NCBI GenBank assembly: GCA_038087875.1
Contig: CM075979.1
Coordinates: 61,070,001-61,134,000, forward strand
DNA length: 64,000 nt
Direction of reading: 5' to 3'
DNA from: Malacoraja senta
Taxonomy: Eukaryota
The translations under genes were made by a program, and so were the position numbers. Position 1 is the stretch's first letter. Each line of letters starts with the position of its first letter. Under the pieces are notes generated by a model. That model was not told the DNA's origin and ran no database searches. It worked only from the letters and a program-made list of their open reading frames with translations. Below, piece by piece: positions 51,541 to 63,580 of this stretch.

Positions 51541-52604
51541 GGTATTTCGCTTGGGTAGTCTACACCCCAGCGGTATCAACATTGACTTCTCTAATTTTAG
51601 ATAGCCCTTGTCTTCTTCCTCCTCCCCCTCACCCTTCCCAGCTCTTCTTCTTGTCCTACTGTCTCCGCCTCTTCCTTTCTTTTTCCCGCCCCCCCATATC
51701 AGTCTGAAGAAGGGTCTCGACCCAAAATGTCGCCTATTCCTTCTCTCCATAGATGCTGCCTAACCTGCTGAGTTTCTCCAGCATTTTTTTCCAGCATCTG
51801 CAGTTCTTTTCTTAAATAGATCTTGGAGAAGGCTGAACTCGCGGCAGCGGCACGATCGATGGTGGTGCCCCCGGTTTTGCCCTGGTGGTGGAAATTTTCT
51901 TGTGAGTTATACTATGTTAACACATTAATAATAACTTATTAATATTAACGTGTTAACATAGAAAGCGTCATTGTAATCAGTACTCTCTGAGATCTTGAAA
52001 AACTCTTGAAAAGCCAAACTACAGTTAGTTTGCGAAACAGTTTTCAGACGCAGCCAGGATCCTTTAGAAGACTCTATCTGGAACTCTTTGCGCCCAGCCT
52101 TAATCTAATTCTATCCCATCACAAATCACATGAGACAATGTATTTAAGAAACAATTGTAGACATAGTACACCTTGCACATTATCATTATCTTATCTACTA
52201 TCCCAGCAACCGCAATTTCCACAGTGTTGGAAAAGTCTGCTTCTTTTCTAAGCTGTGGTATGCTCACTCAGTATCCTAGTCATGGCTCCTGCCACCATTG
52301 AGCTCATGTGCAAACCCTTATTAACCCATCACTCATCTGACAAACCTTTTACCACTAACATGCCAACAGTTTCCTGATAATACTTGCAACTAATCTATTC
52401 TCACTCTATCTTTGTCCCTTTCATTTCCGTTTTCCCCATTTAGTTACTTTTTCACATTCAACCTGATATCTCCATGTATTATTCACCTGATAGCTGTCAG
52501 CTGTCTTATTTTCCTGCTTCCCCTAATTTCTTACTCCCAGTGTTGGCTTCTGTCCCATTCCCCCCTGAGAAAAATAATTGGAATTGTATTAATACCATGT
52601 CCAT

Positions 52605-52982
52605 TTATCGGGAACATGTATCCTGCCTCTAGCATGTCCAAACCCTTAATACATTGATTGTTCCCGATGTTGGGGGAGTCAAAAACCAGGGGCCACTGTT
52701 TAAGAATAAGGGGTAAGTCATTTAGAATGGAGACGAGGAAACGCTTTTTCACACAGAGAGTTGGAGTCTGTGGAATTCTCTGCCTCAGAGGGTGGTGGAG
52801 GCCTGTTCTCTGGACACTTACAAAGGAGAGCTAGATAGGGCTCTTAAAGATAATGGAGTCAGGGGATATGGGGAGAAGGCAGGAACGGGGGATGATCAGC
52901 CATGATTGCATTGAATGCCGGTGCTGGCTCGAAGGGCCGAATGGCCTACTCCTGCACCTATTATCTATTGTCTATTGTCTAT
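52605..52982 (+). mobile_element. CR1 3' end with 5' inversion
   Basis: 52608-52655 is an inverted piece (cgggaacatg...ctagcatgtccaaaccctt) of the sequence that precedes ttcccgatgttgggggagtc in the 43125-43890 copy; (CTATTGT)n tail. Confidence 0.75.
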
Positions 52983-53520
52983 TATAAGGCACCTTTACAA
53001 TTCTGTACACAGAGTTTTGATGTTAAATGCATTTGGACAAGATCCCTTGGAAAATTTGTTCTCCTTTGCCTAAACATTTCTAATCACCTCCTTAGCTAAT
53101 CTAAACCTAAGGAAGTTAACAGTGATTCCCCATAAAACACTTGAAACAACTGGAGTATACTGTCCATTGCTGGGATCTGGAAGGTGGAAAGGAATAGAAA
53201 GTACAGGCATCTGAACAGGTTTACTACAATAATGGCGCGGAGGAGAGATTTCAGTTCGATGGAAAGATCAAAGGTTTGGCATCATTGTCCTTAGAGCAGA
53301 CACGACTGGATTTTTTTAGTTTAGTTCAGTCATAGATTCACAGAGAGATACAGCATGGAAATAGGCCCTTCTGCCCATCAAGCCCATGGTGTCCACCATT
53401 TACACTAATCCTACATTAATCCCATTTTTATTCTCTCCACGGTCTCATCAACTCCCCCCCACGAGAAGGATAATATTCAGTGGCCAATTAACTTATCGAC
53501 CCCCAAGTCTCTGGCATGTT

Positions 53521-54185
53521 AAGGCTCTGTCTCACGGTGTTGCGGTCATCGGCGGTGAAGCGCGGCTTCGCCTGTAGAGGGGACCGCACGGCAACTGCGA
53601 GAGCGCCGAGCCTATGCCACGGGAGCGCCGCACGGATGCTGCGCGGGGGCCGAGTGATTTAAATACGGCTGGTCCCACGAGCTTGCGGTAAGTTAAAAAA
53701 AGGGCGGGCCGACTGCGATGACGTCATTTTGGATCTGCGGGGCTGTGGCGGCGGCCGTCTTGATCGCGGCGCTGTAGCGGTGGCTGTGGCGGCGGCCGTG
53801 CCGCACACGTGACGCACTAGCGCCGGCTGTGGCTGCGGCTGTGCTGATCGCGGCGCTGTAGCGGTGGCTGTGGCGGCGGCCGTGCCGCACACGTGCCTCA
53901 CTGGCGGAGGCTGTGGCGGTGCACGTTCGACGCACAGCGCTCGAGCCACACTGGCGGCGGCTGTGGCGGCGGCCGTGTCGCACTCGTACCTCACTGGCGG
54001 AGGCTGTGCGGTAGGGACATTTTTTTGAACAGTGTTGGTTTTATTTTAGCACCGTGCGGTGTTGAGAACAATGCCGCACGGCCCCGGAATTGTGCGTTTG
54101 ACCGAGTGCGCGGTCTATGGCGGCCCAGGAGCGGTAGGTTCTTCCTGTTTCGCCGCCAATGACCGCAGACTCGTGAGACAGGCCT
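53521..54185. mobile_element. GC/CpG-rich MITE inserted into a SINE
   Basis: TIRs aaggctctgtctcacgg...tgcggtcatcggcgg / cgccaatgaccgcagactcgtgagacaggcctt; internal GGCTGTGGCGG repeats; SINE sequence resumes on both sides. Confidence 0.8.
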
Positions 54186-54311
54186 TTTAGAAGAAACCAG
54201 AGTACTTGAATGAAACTCAGGCAGTCGCAGCAAGAACATGCAAACTCCACACGGACAGCACCTATGGTCAGGATCGAACCCAGTTCTCTGATGCTGCTAT
54301 TCAATGGTCTA

Positions 54312-54460
54312 NNNNNNNNNNNNNNNNNNNNNNNNNNNNNNNNNNNNNNNNNNNNNNNNNNNNNNNNNNNNNNNNNNNNNNNNNNNNNNNNNNNNNNNNN
54401 NNNNNNNNNNNNNNNNNNNNNNNNNNNNNNNNNNNNNNNNNNNNNNNNNNNNNNNNNNNN
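54312..54460. other. Assembly gap (149 N)
   Basis: Run of n characters. Confidence 0.99.
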
Positions 54461-54571
54461 GAGGGGGGTAGGAGGGGGGTAGGAGGGGGGTAGGGGGGGG
54501 GTAGGGGGGGAGGAGGGGGGAGGAGGGGGAGGAGGGGGAGGAGGGGGAGGAGGGGGAGGAGGAGGAGGAGG
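54461..54571 (+). repeat. Polypurine G-rich low-complexity tract
   Basis: GGGGGTAGGA / GGAGGGGGA / GGA repeats directly after the gap. Confidence 0.9.
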
Positions 54572-56238
54572 TCTGGGCAAAGAGAAAGAGTGTCCATTGG
54601 CAGAAGGGTGAAGAAGCCGAGAATAGAGATTTAAGGTGGCAGGGAAAGAATGAAAGGGGATTTGATGAAAATAGTTTTCTTGTGGTCAATGCTTATGAGC
54701 AGGAGCTCATTGTCAAAAGGAGGGGTGGAAATACATCCAATTGTAACTTTCAAAAATAAATTAGGTTAAATTCTTGATAGTAAAACAAATTATGTGTAGG
54801 AAAGAACTGCAGATGCTGATTTAAATTGAAGGTAGACACAAGTTGCTGAAGTAACTCAGCAGGACAGGCAGCATCTCTGGAGAGAAGGAATGGGTGACGT
54901 CTCGGGTCAAGACCCTTCTTCAGACTAAAAATTATATATTTATGGGCTTATAATTCGATGGATTTTATTCCTCAGGTCCAAATTTAGTTTAGTTTAGAGA
55001 TACAGTATGTAAACAGGCCCTTTGGCCCACTGAGTCCACACCGACTAACAATCACCCATACACTAGTTCTACATTATCCCAATTTTGCATCTTACACACT
55101 TGGGGCAATTTACAGAAGCTAATTAACCTACAAACCTGCACGTCTTTGGAATGTGAGAGGAAACCGGAACACCCAGAGAAAACCATGCGGTCACAGGGGA
55201 ATGTGCAGACAGAGAGCACCCCTTGTCAGGATGGAAACAAGGTCTCTGGCACTATAAGGTGCCAACTCTACTGCAATGCCACTTTCTCCTGGTCATTTCA
55301 CTCTCCTTAAACAAAGTCGCTGCCTCTTATTACTGTGTAGGTGTGTAAGGCTTTGAGAAATGAAATTGCCTACGCACTTTAGGGAAAATAATATGCTGGT
55401 CTACATTAAAAAAAAACAGGGGAATGGGAGCAGAGAGCTGTCTGTGTAGAAGGCTAGCATGCACTAAATGGGCCAAATTGACTCCTTCTGTGGATCTGAG
55501 ATTCCATGATTACAACATTACCAAAGGTTTGTTCTAGATCTTGGTATGGTAATTGTATGTTATGGTACAGTGAAAAGCTTTTGTTGTATGCTAACCAGTC
55601 AGCGAAAAGATAATACATGATTACAATCGAGCCATCCACAGTGTACAGATACATGATAAAGGCAATAACATGAATAACTTTTAGAGCAAGATAAAGTCCA
55701 GTATAGTCTGATCAAAGATAGTCCGTATTGAGTACTGGGCAGTGGTGCAGTGATAGAGCTATTGCCTTATAGCACCATGCACCCGGGTTCGATCCTGACT
55801 ATGGGTGCTGTCTGTACGGAATTGTATGTTCTCGCCTGACCGGCATGGGTTTTCTCTGAGATCTTCGGTTTCCTTCCCACACTCCAAAGGCATACAGGTT
55901 TGTATGTTAATTGGCTTCGGTATAAATGTAAAATTGTGTGCAGGATAGTGTTAATGTGCAGGGATCGCTGGTCGGAGCAGACCCGTTGCACCGAATGGCC
56001 TGTTTCCGCACGGTATCTCTAAACTAAACTAAATAGCGAAAAACTTCAATTTGCACACTATCCAAGTAAAAAAAACATGATTTTAATCGAAACTATAAAT
56101 GAGTACAACAGGTAGTGCAAAGAGAAAGGAAGAAATGCAGAATGTAGAGAAAGTGCACATAAAAAAAGATCGCTGTGGGGTAGATTGGAGTATGGGAAGA
56201 CAGTACGTCCCTTTGTTTGGTGGAAATAAATTACTTGC

Positions 56239-56372
56239 CTCATTTTCTCCTTGGCTTCCTCAAAGCTTTCAGACAAAAAATAGGCTTCCTGGAAGGTGGT
56301 AATGAGACACTCCTGGGTACAGGTTGTCTTTGGATCAAATGGTTTGACGATCGCTTTGTCTGACAACGCATG
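56239..56372 (-). CDS. TPH2: Tryptophan hydroxylase 2, penultimate exon
   Basis: Acceptor ctcccacag|; 134 bp encoding [44 protein letters not shown](R); donor AG|GCAAGT (GC), phase 2, matching the next exon. Confidence 0.95.
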
Positions 56373-56409
56373 CTGTGGGAGAAAGTCAATGAAAACTGAT
56401 ATCCTGTCA

Positions 56410-56637
<228 letters not shown>

Positions 56638-56896
56638 TTACATGCAGAATTTATGGTGGTGTTGCTGTGGGTCGAGGGTTTTAATTACGTATCAGTCATG
56701 ATAGAGCAAGTAAACAGATGAAGTAACGGCTGCCTCTTCAGAAGTACTTAGTTCAGTTTTGTTTAGATTAGAGATGCAATGCAGACACAGGCCCTTCGGC
56801 CCACCAGTTCCGCACCAGCCACCGATCTCCGCCACAAATACTATCCTACTTGGGCCAACTTACAATTTTACCAAGCCAATCAGCCTACAAACCTGT

Positions 56897-57038
56897 GTAG
56901 GATGGAACTGCAGATGCTGGTTTAAATCGAAGAATTAAATTGAAGAACTGATTCTGAAGAAGGGTCTCGACCCGAAACATTACCCTTTCCTTCAGAGATG
57001 CGGCCTGTCCCGCTGAGTTACTCCAGCATTTTGTGTCT
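56897..57038 (+). mobile_element. Short Penelope-derived hammerhead unit inserted into a SINE, 15-bp TSD
   Basis: agcctacaaacctgt at 56882-56896 and 57039-57053 duplicates part of the host SINE; core ctgaagaagggtctcgacccgaaacatt near 56954-56981. Confidence 0.85.
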
Positions 57039-60000
57039 AGCCTACAAACCTGTACGTCTTTGGAGTGTGGGAGGAAACCGGAGCACCGGGCAAACCCACA
57101 CAGGTCACGGTACAAACTCCATACAGACAGCACCCATAGTCAGGATCGAACCCATGTCTCTGGCGTTGTAAGGCAGCAACTCAACCACTGCGCCACTGTG
57201 TCACCCTCATTCTCTCCCATCTGAGGAACAGAGCCTCATTACAGAGACCACACCAATCACAAGCAACATAACCATGAATTACCAGCACTGAATCTACTCA
57301 TCAACAACTGTGATCATTACCAAGTTTTTTAACAATCACTCACATTCACAAATGCAGAGCAATCAGAACTAAAAAGACCAAGGTAATTTGTTCACAGACG
57401 TGATTAATCAAGAGTAGTATTACATTACTGTTATAAGGAAGCTGTCAGATGTGACAAATTAATTGAGAGTTCTGATTATACATGTAACAATCACATAAGG
57501 ACCCAGCAAAGATGTAACAAAATGGATCATTTCAAGAGTAAAACATCACTAATTGATTTTATTTAGCATCATAACACATCCATTTGTTTCAGCTTGATTA
57601 TTGGGATATTCGTTGACTGATTCACTGAAAGATACAGCAAGGAAACAGGCCCTTCAGCCCATCAGGTCCATGCCGACAATCGATCACCCACTCACAGTAC
57701 TTCTGTACATTTGCTCCCACTCCCTACACACTTTGGGCAATTTACAGGGGCCAATTAACCCATACACCTGAACATCCTTGTGAGGTGAGAGGAAACCGGG
57801 GCACACAGAGGAAACCCCAATGGTCACAGGGAGAATATGCAAACTCCAGACAGACAGCGCCCAAGGTCAGGTTGTGAGGCAGTAGCTCTACCAGCTGTGC
57901 CATTTTGCTGCCCCGTTAGCTTATGTAAAATAATTCAGAACAAATTGCTTCAGGTTTCCTATTAGCTGAGTGTCACAATTTGCTTCCCAAATTAGTAAGT
58001 GTTTTATATATGTATTCCACACAGCCAATGTTTGACATAACATTTGTAATAGCAACTTTTGCTATTCTAAAGGTCATTGGGAGAGCTCAGACTCAAGTAT
58101 AATGAATTCCTGTCTGAAAGTGTAGCTGCAGGCGAGAAATACACACAGTGGCAGAATATGCAATAGTGCATAAACTTCACATATGCTGAGGCAACCTTCC
58201 CAACTGAACATCAAGAAGGGGAAGTAAACGTTAGCCATGTCTGAAAATACTAGTCACGTTAAAGAATTTGATAGATATTGGGAAGATATTGTGGGCGGCA
58301 CAGTAGTGCAGCCGTAAGTTGCTGCCCTACAACGATAGAAACCCGGGTTCAATCCTGACCTCGGATGCTGTCTGTACGGAGTTTGTACATTCTTCCAGTG
58401 ATCATGTGGGTTGGTTTCCACACTGTGTCTCTAAAATAATCTTCACGGTAACTAATCGAGGAATATAGGGTCAGTGCAGCAAAGTGGTGCTGATGGAAAA
58501 GATTGGCTTGCGTCTATTGATTGGAAGAGCAGTCATGAGAAGCCAAGTGGTCTACTCCTATTTTCCATGACCTACAGTACCTTCTTATGTTTACTGCCCA
58601 GGCTTTGACCTCTGGAAGTCTCTAGAGCTCGCAGGGAAGAGATAATCAAAGGGATAGTGGTGAGGCACATGAGGAGAGGAAGCAGAGGGAATGATGGTGA
58701 CAAATGTCCAAAGTCTCTCACAGCTCCTTCTCTGTGATTCGTGCTGCTTGCTTTGTCCTGCATCTCCTGTCTCCCAGCTTTATCACCCTCCCCCCCCACC
58801 ATCAGTCTGAAGAAGCGTCCTGACCTTAAACATCGCCTATCCATGTTCTCCAGGGATGCTGCATGACCCACTGAGTTACTCCAGCACTTTATAATGAATT
58901 TATAAATTTATGAATTTATAATGAATAATGTCTTTATAATGAATTCCTGTCTGAAAGTGTAGCTGTAGACAGTGAGATGCACATAGTACCAGAATATGCA
59001 TAAACATCACACAAGCTCTGAAAGGTGAATATTTTGGCAGGTTTTAGTCAAACTAGATCCAAATCCAAAATGACCTTCAAGCTTGATGTAAAACAACTAG
59101 ATACAATGTGAAGGTTTATCATCTTATTCCAGGCTGCATCAACAACATCATGTCTTTCCTTGCTCCAGTATTGTTGGCACGTTCTCAAAGCCTCCTAACA
59201 CCAGAACCTGGACAAACTCAGGTTTCCTCCTCCTGAAATGTAGCAAAGCCAAGCCAATGCTCTTTTGGTCCCATCGGAACCCCCAAGCCAGCCCACTCAT
59301 GGATAAGCAAGTGTGTGATTGCTACAGTTAACCAGGGTCAAACTTTAAACTTCCACCAAATCACTCCTGACCCCAGCATCTTTTCTCTATTCTTTAACAA
59401 CGCAAAAAACTGCAAATAATGGAAATTGAGATAAGAAAAACAGCAATGTCTTGGAGTACTTGGAATGTCAGTCAGAATCTGCAGATGGTGAGCCCGAGTC
59501 ATTTCAGGTCAAAGACTACTTTGGAACTGGTAATTAATGGAGATAGATTAAAATGCAGAGAAAGGAAGGAGGAAAGGGGAGAATAAAAAAAAGTAAGATC
59601 TGTGATAGGGTGAAAGGCAGAAGGAATTAAATGGCAACAAGGTTTTGGCACAAGGTGATAAAAGCCAAGATGAGAACTCAGAAGGATTAAGTGAAATTAA
59701 CAAAGGAATCCTGAAACTCAGGAATAGATACACAGGAACACTGGTTCCCTGAAATTGTTGGACCTGGTAGGTCTAGTTAGCAGTTGTTTTATTGATTTAG
59801 TATCGGAGGCTGAGAGCAGAGGGGACAACATGGGACTGGGGTGGATAATTAGATTAATTTGAAGCACAGGAGCATACTTCTGAGCAGAATAGAGGTTTTT
59901 GCATAAACCTCTATTCTGGGCTCATCCAACATATGTTTGGTCATTGACAAAAGCTTATTTTTGAACCTCCACACTGCCAAAATCACACACCATTGTTCAC

Positions 60001-60874
60001 ACCGTTCTTCTCTGACCCTTTCGTGCCACCATATTGTAGCACTATTGCTGGTCTACGTTCCATTTGCACATGGTAACATTTCTTGTTCTTGCCCAAGTTA
60101 TCTACAAGTTACTGGAGGCTGTTGGACAGAGGTCAGTGAGTGGAGGGGAGGTGACAAAAGTGCAGGCAAGGCCATGGTGGAAAACGTTCAAATTCAACAG
60201 TTTGATTCACTGCAAAAAAGTGCAGATTCTACAGTTCCAATGAATAATACAGAACTGTATCTGGGAGTGGTGATTAATTCAACATTCACAAGCAAGCAGA
60301 GAAACCATTAAAAAATCCCATAATGCTACAGAATCGGCTTCAACTTTTGGCAAAGCAGTGAAAAGAGGATGTAAGAAGGAACTGCAGATGCTGGTTCACA
60401 TCGAAGATGGACACAAAATGCTGGAATAGCTCAGTGGGACAGGCTGCATTTCTAGAGAGAAGGAATGGGTGACGTTTTGGGTCGAGACCCTCCTTGAGAC
60501 TGAGAGTCAGGGGAGAAGGCAACAAGAGATGTTGAAGCTTAAGGTATGAAAAACGAGAGAAAAGGGGACGAATATCAAGGAAAATGTAGAACAGATCATT
60601 GTTAGCTCAGGGAAGTTGACAACGAATCATACAAAGTCAAATTTAATCAGGAGGACAGTCAAACTCGGCGGAGAACTTAGATGGGGGAGGGATAGAGAGA
60701 GAGGGAAAGCAAGGGTTATTTGAAGTCAATATTCATACCGCTGGGTTGTAAGCTGCCCAAGCGAAATAAGATGGGTTATAGCACAGTTCGTGGGCACATT
60801 AACACAAGATCGTTACATGTGTGGATTACCACATTAAACTTGCAGGGAATTCCAAAAAACAAGCCAAATCTTAC

Positions 60875-61001
60875 CGTGGCTAATTTCTGCACATCTTCAT
60901 CTGATGCCGTCAGAGACACAAGACCCAGTTCTTGTGAAAACTCTGCAAAACTTGGTTCTGCCAGTAGGGGCACATGTCCCAGCAGCTCATGACAGGTATC
61001 C
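60875..61001 (-). CDS. TPH2: Tryptophan hydroxylase 2, internal exon (fourth from last)
   Basis: Acceptor ttgcag|G; 127 bp encoding [42 protein letters not shown], with the two iron-ligand His residues (HELLGH); donor ACG|GTAAGA. Confidence 0.95.
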
Positions 61002-61089
61002 CTGCAACATACATGTTAAAAAGACAATTCTAACATTCACATGAAGAACAACACGCATTGGGTAACCTAATCTGAGCCGAACATGCATC

Positions 61090-62110
61090 CTTGATCATCT
61101 ACACTGTAATAAAAAGGAACTGCAGATGCTGGTTTATACCAAAGATTGACACAAAAGGCTGGAGTAACTCGAGGATCAGGCAACATCTCTGGAGAAAATG
61201 GATAGGTGGCATTTCGGGTCAGGACCCTACTTCAGACTGATTGTGGGTGAGGGAGGGGGGAACTAGAAGCAAGAGAAGTCCGGGACAAATCAGAGCCGGC
61301 AACAGATGACCACAGGTAGGGTGGTTCCCTGATAGACCAGTTGTTAGCTAGGGGCGGTGTGATCCCAAGAGGGATACATCATTGCAAACTGTGGAAATGC
61401 TTATCTGACTTTTAATGGAGGAAGAAGGGCAAGGAGGACAGGGGGAGAGGGGCGAGGGGAATATTTGTATAAATGACCTAATATGAGAGAAGTCAATGTT
61501 CGTACCACTGGGCTGTTAGCTGGCCAAGCAAAATATGAGGTGCTGTTCCTCCAATTTGTGTTTGGCCTCACTCTAGCAATGGAGGAGGCCTAGGACAGAC
61601 TGGTCAGTAAGGGAATGGGAAGGGGAGTTGAAGTGGTTAGCAACCGGGAGATCCAGCACGCCTTGACAGACTGAGCACAAGTGTTCAGCGAAATGGTCAC
61701 CAAGTCCATGCTTGGTCTCACCAATGTACAGGAGCACACATCGGGAACACCGAAGGCAGAAGATGAGGTTAGAGGAGGTGCATGAGAACATCTATCTAAT
61801 CTGGAAGGACTTTCAGCGTCCCTGGATGGAGTAAAGGGAGGAGGTATAGGGACAGGTGTTGCAGGGGAAAGTACCTGGGGAGGGAATGGTTTAGGTGGGA
61901 AGGGAAGAGGACCAAGGAGTTGCGGAGGGAGTGGTCTTCGTGAAAGGCAGAAAGGGTGGAGGTGGTGATTAGTGGTGGGATCACGTTGGAGGTGACGGAA
62001 ATCCCGGAGGATGATATGTTGGATCTGAGTGAAGGGGGAGCAAAAGCAGCACTACGGGACACAGAGGAGACACGTGTGAGGAGCCCATCTATGGCAGAAA
62101 GGGGGTAAAC
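61090..62110 (-). mobile_element. Decayed Penelope 3' part (GIY-YIG remnant and terminal repeat) in a TPH2 intron
   Basis: FSCTSSNLIFCLRCSRCVLLYIGETKHGLGDHFAEH parallels the 36020-36346 endonuclease; terminal repeat at about 61110-61240. Confidence 0.8.
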
Positions 62111-63014
62111 CACGTTCACTAAAGAATCACACTTTATTAGCCAAGTATATGTTGCAACGTACAAGGAATTTGATTTGCCATACAGTCATACCAATAAAAA
62201 GCAATAAAACATACAAAATCCATTTTAACATAAACATCCACCACAGTGACTCCTCCACATTCCTCACTGTGATAGAAGGCAAAAAAAAAAGTTCAATCTT
62301 CTTCCCTTCTTTGTTCTCTTGCGGTTGGGGGCCTCGAGCCTTCCGCTGATGGGACGATCTTGGCTACCATATCTGGCAGTGGTGCCCTCCGCGTTGGGGC
62401 GATCAAGCTCCCACATCGGGGGGATCTCAGCTCCCCCGTGCCGGGCGTTCGGACCCCGGGTCGGGGCTAGTCGAACCTCCTGCGACTTTGGAGCTTCCCG
62501 ACATCAGTCTCTACCCGAGACTGCAAACTCCTCGATGGTGAAATCCGCAGGCCGCGTTTGGAGCGTCGATCCCAGGCAAAGGATCGCAGGCTCCGATGGT
62601 AAGTCCACAGCCTCACTCCAAGTCAGTCTCAAGCAAGGCTGCCAGTTCCATGATGTTAGAATGAGGATATCTCGGATGCCCTTGTATGCAAAACCTCATC
62701 TTGGGAGCAGACTGTACACATCCACACTGTAGTTGTGGAGGCAGCAGGAACATTGTGATCAATGGTTACTCAGGAATGTAGAGGTGGTTTCAAATACTCA
62801 GATGTTGCTTGCTCGATTGGGCTCACAAGATGGTACTGAGGTACTCGATAATTGGTGATACTAACTCAGTTTCAGGTTGCGGTGTTCCCGAAGGTGGGAG
62901 ATTACATTCAATTTGCTGATTCCTCTCCATGGAATTTTTAATAAGACAAAAGAGAAATATGAAGAAGAAAACAACAATTGATAAAAACACCAACGTGCAG
63001 ATTTTTTTCTTCCC

Positions 63015-63580
63015 TCTGAGTATAGAAGTTGGGATGTCATGTTGCAGGTATATAATACGTTGGTGAGGCCGCATTTAGAGTATTGTGTTCAGTTCTGGGC
63101 ACCATGTTATAGGAAAGATGTTATTAAGTTGGAACGGGTGAAGAGATTTACAAGGACATTGCCAGGACTCGAGGGTCTGAGCTACAGCGAGATATTGACC
63201 AGGCTGTGGCTCTATTCCCTGGGGTGCAGGAGGATGAGGAGTGATTTTATAGAGGTGTATAAAGTCATGAGAAAACGCAAGGAGTCTCTTGCCCAGAGTG
63301 GGGGAATCGAGAACCAGAGGACATAGGTTTAAGGTGTCGGGGGAAAGATTTCATAGGAATCTGAGGGTAACTTTTTCAAACAGTGTGGTGGGTGTATGGA
63401 ATGAGCTGCTGGAGAAGGTAATTGAGGCAGGGATTATCACAACCTTTAAGAAGCACAGGTACATGGATAGGACAGGTTTATAGGGATATAGGCCAAGCAC
63501 ATGCAAGTGGGGCTAGTGTAAATGGGACATGTTGGTCAGTGTGGGCAACTCGGGCCAGTTTCCACACTGTATGATTCTGC
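63015..63580 (+). mobile_element. CR1 LINE 3' fragment
   Basis: LVRPHLEYCVQFWAP...GESRTRGHRFK...WNEL and a CR1 3' UTR. Confidence 0.85.

Noticed and set aside
51541-51750. N-terminus of the 309-aa ORF 50821-51750 as part of the transposase
   Set aside because: It is antisense translation of a Penelope terminal remnant that happens to be in frame.
53659-53994. Ala/Thr-rich or Arg/His-rich repeat ORFs
   Set aside because: Translations of the internal repeats of a MITE bounded by TIRs.
54041-54689. Poly-Pro, poly-Gly and Ser-Pro ORFs
   Set aside because: Low-complexity tract plus N gap.
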